From NCBI GenBank assembly GCA_002269645.1, contig NIVC01000551.1, forward strand, positions 477,287-541,286: a stretch of 64,000 bases of DNA, given 5' to 3'. This document shows, in pieces, positions 11,601 to 21,466 of the stretch; positions within the stretch are counted from its first letter, which is position 1, and each line of letters opens with the position of its first letter. The translations under genes were made by a program, and so were the position numbers. The stretch is from Macrostomum lignano. Its lineage: Eukaryota. The notes below the pieces were generated by a model. The model saw nothing but the letters and a program-made list of their open reading frames with translations. It searched no databases and was not told the DNA's origin.

Positions 11601-14600
11601 TGGTTCTGAGTGAATCTTGGTTCTGAGTGAGTCTTTGTTCTGAGTGAGTCTTGGTTCTGAGTGAGTGTTGGTTCTGAGTGAGTCTTGGTTCTGAGTGAGT
11701 CTTGGTTCTGAGTGAGTCTTTGTTCTGAGTGAGTCTTGGTTCTGAGCCCCGTTTCCCCGCTGCCGTCCCGCAGCGCCCGGCCGCCCTTCGGTGTCGCTGC
11801 TGCCGGACAGGCGCGCCGTCGAGGTGTCGCTGACTGCCAGCTCTGGCTCCGAGCTGCTGACAGCGGCCGCCCACGCAGACAGCGGGAGCTTCGCTGCTGC
11901 TACCAACAGCTGCCGCCCGGACTCCGGCAGGTGCACCGTGGCTCTGCAGCCGCTGAGGCCGTTCACCAACTACTCGGTGGAGGCGGTCGCCGAGCTATCG
12001 GGCCTGGCCTCGCTGCCCCAGAGGTCGGAGGTTCAAACGCTGGAGGACGCGCCGTCGCAGCCGCAGTCGGTGAGGCTGGACGATGCGTCATCGCAGTTGC
12101 TTTGCATCTGGCGGGCTCCCAGCGAGCCGAACGGCGTCATCCGCAACTACTCGGTGGCCTGGGGCTCGCTGAGCTTCCCGGACGGCGCTGAGATTCGCGT
12201 CGGAGCCGAGGTGACAGCGGCCGACACGACCTTCCTGCCGCTCGAGCCGCCGCCGCTGCCGGCCCACGTCGGCTTCTGCCGCGTCAGCGCCTGCACGGGC
12301 GGCGGCTGCAGCCGCGGCAGCGACAGGGCGGAGCGGCGGCTGCCCGACGGCGAGGCGCCCGCGGTGTCCGGCGGCCTACAGCCGCTGGCGGTCCCTGGCG
12401 GTCCCGTCCGCCTCAGCTGGAAGCCGCTCAGCCCCGAGCTCGGCCGGGGCGTCGTGTTCGAGTTCGAGCTGCGACTGGACGGTCCGGGCGGCTGCGCGGC
12501 GGCCCGGCGGCTGAACTGCTCCGACTGCGGCCGCCACCGCCTCCAGCTGCAGTCGGAGGAGGCCCGGCAGCGGCTCGAGGCCCTCACGGCCGACTGCTCA
12601 GCGCCGGTGCTCGTGCGGACCTTTGAGTTCGGCGACGCCTCGCTGTCCGCGGAGGTCGCCGTTAGCTCCGAGGGCGCCTCGCCGAGCTCGCTGCTGCCCT
12701 GGACCGAGTACGGCGCCTCGCTGTGGCCGGTGAACCTTGCGGGGCCCGGCGCCGCCGCCTCCGCCTCCTTCCGCAGCCCGGAGACTCGCAGCGGCGCCGT
12801 CGGCGGCCTGCGGGCGACGCCCTCGGAGGCGGAGGCGCTGGTGGAGTTCGAGGAGCCGCGGCTGCCAAACGGCCTGCTGCAGGCGTTCGCTGTGCAGGTG
12901 AGGCCGCCTGCGACTGGGAGCCCCATTGCGAGGCATGAGAGGGACTGAAGGGACACCGGAGGCACTGAAGGGACAGCGGAGGCACTGAAGGGGCAGCGGA
13001 GGCACTGAAGGGACAGCGGAGGCACTGAAGGGACAGCGGAGGGACTGAAGGGGCAGCGGAGGGACTGAAGGGACAGCGGAGGAACCCATGGACAGGAAGT
13101 GACTGATGACTCAATGCAGTGACCTAAGTGGCATTGTCAAGCACATTATTCTGATGCTAAAAGCTACCCAGTGGCAAATATTAGCGAATATTTTCATAGA
13201 CCCTGTGCTCACTCAGAGTTTCAGTCCTGACTCGCCTTCTGTTGAGATTCTCACACAGTCGGCACGATGCTCTGGGTTGGCCAGATTTTGTTTGTGTGGA
13301 GTTGGCGAATCGATAAGAAAGCAGCAGTGCGCATGCAGAGCTATCTAAACTGCATGCCAGTATCCGGGTTATTTTTATTCCTTATGCAGCAACCGCTATA
13401 ATTGAGTGTACATATTTAGTGCTATGCTTATGGTTGATAACAGGGTAGATTATGATAGCTTTGGAGGACTTGACTGACTGTGCATTGCCTCTCTCGCTGG
13501 GCCTCTCATTATCTATTTTTTCCAAAAGCCTGCAGGTGGAAAGTTAATCTGATATAAGTACATGCTGATATATATATTTTCTATACGAACTACTTATAGC
13601 CATATCTGATTGATTAATATTTTTTATTCGTGATGGGGAGAGTGAAGGGGAGAGTGATAGGGAAAGTGAAGGGGAGAGTGATGGGGAGAGTGAAGGGGAG
13701 AGTGAAGGGGAGAGGGATGGGGAGAGTGATGGGGAGAGTGATAGGGAGGGTGATGGGGAGAGTGATGAATAGAGTGATGGGGAGAGTGATGGGGAGAGTG
13801 AAGGGGAGAGTGAAGGGGAGAGTGATGGGGAGAGTGATAGGGAGGGTGATGGGGAGAGTGATGAATAGAGTGATGGGGAGAGTGGTTGGTAGAGTGATGG
13901 GGAGTGTGATGGGGAGATTGGAGAGTGATGAGCGTGATAGAGAAAGTGATGGGAAGAGTGATGAAGAGAGTGATGGAGAGAGTGATGAGGTGGTAAGTGA
14001 TGAGGAGACTGATAGGGAGAGTGATAGAGAGTGTGATGGCGAGAGTGATGGCGAGAGTGATGGCGAGAGTGATGGCGAGAGTGATGGCGAGAGTGATGGG
14101 GGAGAGTGTGAGAGTGATGGAGATACAGAGGAGGGAACTGTTAGAGCTGAGCCGTTTAGTCAAACGCAGTCATGAAAACTCAAACTGCAGCTAAAAGCTC
14201 CATAGAGGTGTTCCAGCAGCCCCAAGTTGCATCCAGCTTGAAACTGCAGCTGCCAATGTCAGTCACTGGACAGCCAAATCTCCCCCAACTCCCCAGGTGC
14301 TGAACTCATCCTCAGGCTGCTCCCAGATGCTGGTGCTGAACTCAAGCTCAGCTCCCGGCTGCCAGCTGCTCAACTGCAGCACCAATGAGCTGCTGAATGA
14401 ACTCGCTGCTGAGTGCGGCTCCGCTCCCACGGTTGCTATGCCGACTGGTGACCCTAGCAACGGCTTCACCCGTCACACAGTGAGGCTGGAACACCTGCAG
14501 CCAGGCTCAGAGTACTCAGTGAAGGTGATTGCCGTGAGCCAGACTCTCACAGGAACTCCAGCTCAGGTCAAATTCACCACAACTGGAGGCGGAGGCGGCG

Positions 14601-15858
14601 GCTCGATGACCATCGTGGTGGCGGTTGCGGTGTCGGTGCTGGTTGCCATGGCGATTGCGGCTGGCCTGTTGGGCTTGTTGTGGTACCGCAGGCGCAGCAG
14701 GTTCGGCTTGTCGTGACTTTTGATTGGATTCCACTGACTGGAAATCCCCTGACCGGGATTCTCCCTGCTGGGATTTCCCTTACTGGGATTCCCCTGACCG
14801 GAATTTCCCTGCTGGGATTTCTACTGTCTGGGATTCCCCTGTCTGGGATTCCCCTGACATGGATTCCCCTGACATGGGTTCCCCTGATAGGGATTTCTCT
14901 GACTGGGGCCTTTCATAACTGGGATTCCCTGAGGAGGCCAGCAAGCAAGCCCTTCCACCTGATACCACTGTCGTTAGTAGTAAGTTTGAGTGTGCAAAAT
15001 TTGATGAAACAATTTTATTTTGTAGTCGATAAAAAATAAAACACCAAGGAATCCCATTGAGGAAGGCCATGTTTAACCTGTTGTGGAAACCAATCCCTGA
15101 TTTTTGCTAACTGTGGCTTTCATTTAACCAGTTTAATTGCGAAAAGTTCCATTTTTCAAAAACTTTTCCAGACGTACCGACCAGAATCAACAGTCGACAT
15201 CCATGGAGCGAATTTCGAAAGGATTGTCCAACCAAGGACTTCAAAAGGAACGTCGGTCAGGAGACTCGTTGAAAAATGATTCAAACCCTGTGTAAGTTTT
15301 GACAGTTTTGTGTTAGCACCTAATGGACCATTGACCAGTTCTGTATAATCTTTATATTGTAGGTTTCCTGGAAAATATCATAAAGTTTAGAACCCTCCGC
15401 ACATGTATGTTATCAGCATCACCCACACCATCACCCACCCCATCAACCACCCCATCACCCACCCTATCTCACCAAATCACCCACCCCATCACTCACCCCA
15501 TCACCCAACTCATCACCCATCCCATCACCCACCCAATCACCCACCCATCACTCACCCCATTACCCACCCCATCACCCACCCCATCACTCACCCCATCACT
15601 CACCCCATCACCCACCTCATCACTCACCCCATCTCACCAAATCACCCACCCAATCACCCACCCCATCACCCAATCACCCACCCCATCACCCAATCATCAT
15701 CCATCACTCCATCATACTGCAGGTCTCAGCAGTCATCAGGTGACACCAGCAGCACCTCAGCGAGAGCCAGTGTCCATGAATATGCCATTGTGGTGACACC
15801 AGCTGTTCCCACAAGCTCAGAATATGTGGAAGTTGTCGGCACAAAGGATGGTGCTTAA
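2644..15858 (+). CDS. FN3-repeat type I membrane receptor, paralog 2 (about 1239 aa). Exons 2644-3049, 3343-3564, 4103-4372, 5023-5289, 7930-8202, 9039-9323, 10789-11121, 11774-12897, 14297-14700, 15723-15858
   Basis: All junctions are GT-AG with consistent phases (1,1,1,1,1,1,1,0,2), and exon lengths sum to 3720 nt with no stop. It has an N-terminal signal peptide (WLLLVAAAAALLLC), FN3 signatures (WRAPSEPNGVIRNYSV, LLPWTEYGASLWPVNLAGPG, LQPGSEYSVKVIAV), a TM helix (IVVAVAVSVLVAMAIAAGLLGLLW) and a short Tyr-motif tail. Confidence 0.8.
4103..4372 (+). CDS. FN3-like cassette exon copy 1 (phase 1-1)
   Basis: ttgcag|AGCTGTTCGGC...CAGCTGACCA|gtgag; encodes LFGIDASSAQYSSNETAISVTW...LQSGQAYELRVAV. 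Confidence 0.85.
5023..5289 (+). CDS. FN3-like cassette exon copy 2 (phase 1-1), about 96% identical to copy 1
   Basis: Same splice boundaries as copy 1; about 10 substitutions and one 3-nt indel by manual alignment. Confidence 0.85.
5880..7315 (-). mobile_element. Degenerate Ty1/copia LTR retrotransposon pol remnant, intronic and antisense to the host gene
   Basis: The minus strand gives CKACVEGKMDRTP...IYSDLCGPM (GAG-pre-integrase/integrase start, 7098-7315), LVRLPKRRQTIGCRWVFRVKYKSDGPVDRFKVRLVVKGCSQEYGVDYE (copia RT, about 6340-6530) and YLNSALAKFNTENCKP...HQAAVGSLN (RT C-terminal part). Confidence 0.85.
7318..7535 (-). mobile_element. Probable 3' end of a non-LTR retroelement or SINE with an (AAC)n tail, abutting the copia remnant
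   Basis: A (GTT)7-like run at 7318-7338 is followed by a GC-rich segment that is compositionally unlike the copia and intron flanks. Confidence 0.3.
7930..8202 (+). CDS. FN3-like cassette exon copy 3 (phase 1-1)
   Basis: ccgcag|AGCTCTTCCCG...CAGCTGACCA|gtgag; encodes LFPIDASSVSFTIRETSISLTW...LQSGEAYNLSVAVTKQGGFDEV. Confidence 0.85.
8281..8331 (+). pseudogene. Truncated fifth cassette-exon copy or possible 51-nt micro-exon
   Basis: ttgcag|AGCTGTTCGGCATTGACCCC...GAGACCT|gtacgt; the first 50 nt match copies 1 and 2 with one mismatch. Confidence 0.6.
9039..9323 (+). CDS. FN3-like cassette exon copy 4 (phase 1-1)
   Basis: ccgcag|AGCTGTACTCA...CTCACCT|gtgag; encodes LYSVNPSSVSYSANESAISVTW...LQSGSEFSLQIFVLKVGGF. 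Confidence 0.85.
9602..10750. repeat. 17-bp intronic minisatellite (TGTCACTCAGCTCACAG), about 67 near-perfect copies
   Basis: Period read directly; ends just upstream of the acceptor at 10788. Confidence 0.97.
11146..11746. repeat. 17-bp intronic minisatellite (TGAGTGAGTG/CTTGGTTC), about 35 copies
   Basis: Period read directly; fills almost all of the intron 11122-11773. Confidence 0.95.
12939..13082. repeat. 20-bp intronic repeat (GGCACTGAAGGGACAGCGGA), about 7 copies
   Basis: Period read directly. Confidence 0.9.
13630..14120. repeat. 12-bp G-rich intronic repeat (ATGGGGAGAGTG), degenerating toward the 3' end
   Basis: Period read directly. Confidence 0.9.
14722..14930. repeat. About 15-bp intronic repeat (GGGATTCCCCTGNCT), about 14 copies
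   Basis: Read directly; starts about 20 nt after the TM-exon donor. Confidence 0.85.
15415..15712. repeat. 12-bp C-rich intronic repeat (CATCACYCACCC)
   Basis: Period read directly; reverse complement of the 13630-14120 family. Confidence 0.9.
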
Positions 15859-16536
15859 TACTTAGCCACGTGACTGGTTGGCTTTTGCAAATTTGAACTT
15901 AAAAAGCGTCTATTGCTACTGATAAAGTCCGATAGTGTACACTAGAAGTAGTTTGACGTGCTTTTTACTCACAAATTCTTTAAGAGATTAAAGAAAATCA
16001 AACTCAATTTTTTTCGATTTATTTGTTTAAATGATTGTCCTATGTTTCCATGAAAGAACCTAAGCATAACTGAGCCTTTTAATCTCATCACTAATAACCA
16101 AAACCATTTTTATGTAAAATAATTGATAACTGTTGTTTGTTCAAGTCTAACGTTAATAATAAAATTTCATTAGACTGTGCACTCAATTAAAGATTTGTTT
16201 TAAGTAGGAAATTCGCCGGAAGAAACCAAAGAAAAGCAAATATTTTTTCAAAATTCCTGTAAAGGAGTCTAGGATCATATTTAGAAAGTTGCAATGCTGA
16301 AAATGTAGCTTCAGGCAGTGACAGTTCCGCCTTGGTCTAGCAGGTATTGATGATGGTGTATCAAACATGAAACTCTAAGAAAAAAGATTGATTCTGGGGA
16401 ATATTTTCCTGTTAACAGATTTCCTACGTTACGTTTTGTACTATAAGTTGCTGTGGTTACGAGCTGAGCCATGCATTCTCTTCCTAAAATAATGTTTTTG
16501 TGTTGTGTTTTCTTGTGAATTTTGTGACGACGGAGC

Positions 16537-17045
16537 GTGTAGAGTAGATGAAGTAGATAGGGTAGATATGGAAGAGTAGATAAAGTAGATAAAGTAGAGA
16601 TGGAAGAGTAGCTAAAGTAAACAGGGTAGAGATGGAAGAGTAGATAAAGTAGATAGGGTAGAGATGGAATAGTAGATTAAGTAGACAGGGTAGAGATGGA
16701 AGAGTAGATAAAGTAGATAGGGTAGATATGGAAGAGTAGATAAAGTAGACAGGGTACAGATGAAAAAGTTGATAAAGTAGACAGGGTAGATATGGAAGAG
16801 TAGCTAAAGTAGACAGGGTAGAGATGGAAGAGTAGATAAAGTAGATAGGGTAGAGATGGTAGAGTAGATAAAGTTGACACGGTAGAGATGGAAGAGTAGA
16901 TAAAGTTGACACGGTAGAGATGGAAGAGTAGATAAAGTTGACACGGTAGAGATGGAAGAGTAGATAAAGTAGACAGGGTAGAGATGGAAGAGTAGATAAA
17001 GTAGACAGGGTAGAGACGTTAGAGTAGATAAAGTAGACAGGTGGA
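16537..17045. repeat. 33-bp purine-rich minisatellite (GTAGAGATGGAAGAGTAGATAAAGTAGACAGGG), about 15 copies
   Basis: Period read directly. Confidence 0.92.
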
Positions 17046-18040
17046 GATGTAAAAGAAGATAACACATCCATATACTAAAAATGGTCTGTCGGTATCTTAG
17101 GCTTCTATAAATAGATAAAATATCTGCTCTAAGAAGGTTTCATTTTTTTCAAGAGATGAGTTAAGCCTCGGTGTTAGCAAAATGTCAATAATTTGTTACC
17201 CGAAATAAGAAAAATGAGCATTTATTAACTATAGAGAACTGCTTGAACTTGTTCGCCAATGAAAGGTGCAATTAATAATTGCTGCGTGCACCAGGCAGAA
17301 ATGTCTACACATAAATAATTTATAATTATATAGCTTCGTGGAACTTCAGTCCAAAGAGAGACTCATTCGAGGTCGCGCGTGATGTTCGCGCGTGTTTTCA
17401 TCATTGTTTTGCACCAGGGCTTATTATAGCCGCACAGGTAAAAAGGTATTGGAATTTGCCTATACATGGACAGTCACCACATGCACTGGGGAAGCGTCTC
17501 CCTGCACGCGTTCGTGTCCGAGTGTCCGCGTTTTCGCCTGTGTCCTACATGTAAGTGCAGCCACGTGTGTAGAGCGCGGCAAAGGCAAAAAAGACAAAAA
17601 CAAAACGCTGCTGAAGGCTCTCCTCAACTGATCGAATCCCGGTGCAGATCCCACAGCTACTAAAGACACGTCTGAATCCCAGCAAAGGAATTGGGAATCC
17701 GATGCAATGCGCTCAGATGAAGTCCAGATGCAGGGGGAGGCAGACAGAGAGTGAATCTGCATGCCAATCTGCTTTAATGGAGAATTAATTCCCTGTTCGA
17801 GTCCAGCTTATAGCTAAGACATTGCCGTCATGCGGGTAGCAACTTGAGCAGACGAGGATGAGTAATCTTCAGTTAAGTCTTCTTTAAAGCTCGACAAAGT
17901 CGCCTCCCAAAACAGTTTTTCTGTTGGCTTGATTGAATGGCCTGATTTGCGTCAGCTGTAGGCGAGGGTGCCAAGCAAATCTCTGTAAATGCATTTGAAC
18001 AGGGAGCCTTCTGATGGTCATTAGCGAGCTTAGCGAGTTT

Positions 18041-18968
18041 CATTGTTTACAATCTCTGTTGCATTGTTTACAATCTTCGTTTCCTTGTTTACAATCTCTG
18101 TTCCATTGTTTACAATCTTCATTTCCTTGTTTACAATCTCTGTTTCATTGTTTACAATCTCTGTTGCATTGTTTACAATCTCTGTTGCATTGTTTACAAT
18201 CTCTGTTCCATTGTTTACAATCTTCATTTCCTTGTTTACAATCTCTGTTCCATTGTTTACAATCTTCATTTCATTGTTTAAAATCCATGTTCCATTGTTT
18301 ACAATCTCTGTTCCATTGTTTACAATCTTCATTTCATTGTTTAAAATCTCTGTTCCATTGTTTACAATCTTCATTTCATTATTGTTTAAAATCTCTGTTC
18401 CATTGTTTACAATCTTCATTTCATTGTTTAAAATCTCTGTTCCATTGTTTACAATCTTCATTTCCTTGTTTACAATCTCTGTTCCATTGTTTACAATCTT
18501 CATTTCATTGTTTAAAATCTCTGTTCCATTGTTTACAATCTCTGTTCCATTGTTTACAATCTTCATTTTCTTGTTTACAATCTCTGTTCCATTGTTTACA
18601 ATCTTCATTTCATTGTTTACAATCTATGTTCCATTGTTTACAATCTCTGTTCTATTGTTTACAATCTCTGTTCCATTGTTTACAATCTTCATTTCATTGT
18701 TTAAAATCTCTGTTCCATTGTTTACAATCTTCATTTCCTTGTTTACAATCTCTGTTCCATTGTTTACAATCTTCATTTCATTGTTTAAAATCTCTGTTCC
18801 ATTGTTTACAATCTCTGTTCCATTGTTTACAATCTTCATTTTCTTGTTTACAATCTCTGTTCCATTGTTTACAATCTTCATTTCATTGTTTACAATCTAT
18901 GTTCCATTGTTTACAATCTCTGTTCTATTGTTTACAATCTCTGTTCCATTGTTTACAACCTCTGTTTC
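18041..18968. repeat. 21-bp minisatellite (CATTGTTTACAATCTCTGTTC / ...CTTCATTT variants), about 44 copies
   Basis: Period read directly. Each unit holds the inverted motif ATTGT-TT-ACAAT. The period is a multiple of 3, which explains the long spurious ORFs. Confidence 0.95.
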
Positions 18969-19196
18969 ACTTTATACAATCACGGATATATTTTTTACGG
19001 ATCCTTGTTTATCCATAAATTCGCTTTATAAAAATCATAACTGTAATTTTCACAATTCAGAACCAGCATTTAGTAAGCAAAATTAACCAAAAGATTAACC
19101 ATGCTCAGACCTCACCTGCTAATTAAATTATGGGGCTTTGAAAAACTGGCACACTTTGAAAAAAATAAATTTTTCAAAAGTTTTTAAAGCAATTTT

Positions 19197-19198
<2 letters not shown>

Positions 19199-19236
<38 letters not shown>
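19199..19236. repeat. (GA)n microsatellite
   Basis: Read directly. Confidence 0.95.
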
Positions 19237-19239
<3 letters not shown>

Positions 19240-19657
19240 GTTCGCCTACAGCCGCCTGCATCCCCATTTCCCAATGAGGTTCCGCCCCCCATCTCCTATT
19301 ACTCATCCTCTTCTGCTCACCTCTTTTTCCCCGCCTTCTTCTTTCCTTCGCCCCCCCCCCCGGCCATTCCAGTTTGTTCCGACGTTCCGGGCACTCCTGA
19401 CTGGCCTGGCAGGTCTTCCCCGGCAACCCCCCCCCCCCCTGCGCCTTCCCAGTCGTCGACCACGGGCTGAGCAGGTGGCGGCATGGGTTTATAAATGAGG
19501 CAAGCGATGCGGAATAACTATCTAGATTACACCCAGGAGCTGCAAAGTCTGACTGACTCTTCCAGCTAACTCTCACTCCCTAGCGCCCTGCCTCATCGAG
19601 AGTTACCCAGGGTCCAAGCCTAGGTTTTAAAGTGCACAGTAAACAGCACGATCCGTC

Positions 19658-20713
19658 ATGCTGCGTTCAAATTATCGCTACAGCCGCGACCATCACCATC
19701 AACAGTCTGGTCAGCATCACAATCACCATCATCACCATCAACAAAGTCATCACCAGCTGCCGTCTTCATCTCCGTCAACCGGCGGGGCCAACTGCAACGC
19801 CTGCGGCAGCGGCAGCTCCCCGGTGTCTGTCTTCTTCGACGAGATGGAGTGGCGCTGGGGCGAGACGCCGCCCGGAGCCGGCGGAGTCGCAGCGGCAGCG
19901 GCTGTCGGGCACGCGGGCAGGCAGGGCAGCCTGAAGCAGCAGCTGGGCCTCTCGGCGCTTGGCCGGCGGGCTCGCGAAGGCTTCCGCCGCTGCCAGACGT
20001 CTCGGGACTCCTCGGCGGAGATGAGCCGCTCATTCGAGGCTTCGGTTGTCCAGCAGCTGGGCGTCGGCGGCAGCGCCAAGCTCGTCAAGCTTCTCGGCGA
20101 GGAGGTGAAAGCCGACGAGAAGGTGCTGTTCGACCATTTCTACGACCGCGGACGTCGCAACGCCTTCGCCAACATCTTCTGCGGCCTGTCCAGTCGGGGA
20201 CTTCGTCGACTGTTCGCCGTCTACGGCATCGACGAGGTGCAGATGAAGCCGCCGGCGCCGGCGTCGCCAACGCAGCTGTCGCCGCCGCTGGCCTCGGCGA
20301 TGTCGCTGGTGACGGACGCGCACCATCGGGAGCGTCGACGCAACCGGCCGGAGTTGGCGACGTCTCGCGGTGGCAGCGTTGAAAGTCGCGACAGCTCCGG
20401 CGGTCGCAGCGGCGTCGGCGGGGGCGGCAGCGGCGGCAGCTACCGCCCGAGAGCGGGCAGCGCCAACCAGCAGCTGCGGCAGCGGCGCCGGCGGCAGCAG
20501 CAGCCAAGCCAGCACCAGCAGCTGGCATCGGCCGCCTTCACGCTGCTTGGCTGCGGCAAATCTTCGTCTGCCGACGACGATCGAGACGACGCAGCAGCCG
20601 CCGATGCCGGCGGCGACTTTCTCGGCGGCAAAGACGAAGGCAGAGCGGCTGCAGGTCGCCGCCGCGACACCGTGGAAGACCTGGGCGTGGTGGCTGCAAT
20701 CAATAACCAGTAA
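19658..20713 (+). CDS. Hypothetical protein (351-aa ORF; His/Gln-rich N-terminus, central non-repetitive segment, Ala/Gly/Gln-rich C-terminus)
   Basis: Long GC-rich ORF with the same codon style as the other exons here. It includes a plausible folded stretch (AKLVKLLGEEVKADEKVLFDHFYDRGRRNAFANIFCGLSSRGLRRLFAVYGIDEV). No family recognised. Confidence 0.6.
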   Translation: MLRSNYRYSRDHHHQQSGQHHNHHHHHQQSHHQLPSSSPSTGGANCNACGSGSSPVSVFFDEMEWRWGETPPGAGGVAAAAAVGHAGRQGSLKQQLGLSALGRRAREGFRRCQTSRDSSAEMSRSFEASVVQQLGVGGSAKLVKLLGEEVKADEKVLFDHFYDRGRRNAFANIFCGLSSRGLRRLFAVYGIDEVQMKPPAPASPTQLSPPLASAMSLVTDAHHRERRRNRPELATSRGGSVESRDSSGGRSGVGGGGSGGSYRPRAGSANQQLRQRRRRQQQPSQHQQLASAAFTLLGCGKSSSADDDRDDAAAADAGGDFLGGKDEGRAAAGRRRDTVEDLGVVAAINNQ

Positions 20714-21150
20714 CTGGCGGCTTTGAGCCAGGGAATTGGGTCAATGACTTTTCCGGATATTGCGTTCGAGCGTTTGTGTCACATCAGAACAACAACACTG
20801 AATAGCCACTGCAACCACAGTTGCTTCCTTTGATGCACCGAGTGTAAATAATACATGGCCCCTGTCATAATAATTAACCTGGTTCATTTCGTTGATCATT
20901 TCTAAGAAAGATCTTTAGTGTTAGTATAGTATCAAAAAATGCACAACTCAAGCTTATTATTTTGCTGTTGCACGAGAACTTGCAATACCGAATGCAATAA
21001 ATATACTCATCTCTATTCAGTCTTTACATGTCGGGAAAAAGAAAGTATTGCTCCATAAGGTTTAATTTTTTGCAAAACTTTTTTCTAACCCCTGATACAC
21101 AATGAACAGGGGATTTTTTCCGTTCACGAACTACAAATTGAAAAAGCCAC

Positions 21151-21197
21151 TCACGGATTCGAACCTCGAGAGCCCGATGCGTTACCGCTCTGAGCTA
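21151..21197 (-). ncRNA. tRNA-derived Pol III remnant (A box TAGCTCAG, B box GGTTCGAATCC) followed by a T5 run
   Basis: The minus strand reads TAGCTCAGAGCGGTAACGCATCGGGCTCTCGAGGTTCGAATCCGTGAGTGGCTTTTT. There is no complete anticodon arm or acceptor stem. Confidence 0.4.
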
Positions 21198-21466
21198 GAA
21201 CTAGAGCAGAGATTCTTGTCCGTTTTTGAGTCCGCTTCTTTGTGAACTCGTTTCGGTTATTTTGGTCGAGGCAAACCTCATGGTTTGGAACACTCCATGG
21301 CAAAACGGTGGCAGCTCTAGAAATAAAAACAATTCGAGACACACATCAGGCCCAATAGGGCTTTCTACGAAACTAGATCATTCTTTCGTACTACTTCAGT
21401 ATTTCAGATTCACCATCAACCAAACTGAGAAGCAGCAGCCCAATCTGACACTCCACGGGTCTCCAG

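Noticed and set aside
11128-11969. Minus-strand THSEPRLTQNQ ORFs
   Set aside because: Translation artefact of the 17-bp satellite.
12147-13114. Several long minus-strand ORFs
   Set aside because: Antisense shadows of a very GC-rich FN3 exon plus the 20-bp repeat.
18041-18968. CRISPR-like appearance (palindromic repeat with variable spacer)
   Set aside because: The spacers are about 8 nt and come in two recurring variants. The context is eukaryotic, and no cas genes are present.
18014-19086. 334-aa, 347-aa and 192-aa repeat ORFs (CLQSLFH, FTISVPL, KIVNNGTE)
   Set aside because: The 21-bp period keeps frames open. No splice context or unique coding flanks were found.
21141-21210. Functional tRNA gene
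   Set aside because: There is no anticodon arm or paired acceptor stem, so it is kept only as a tRNA-derived remnant.
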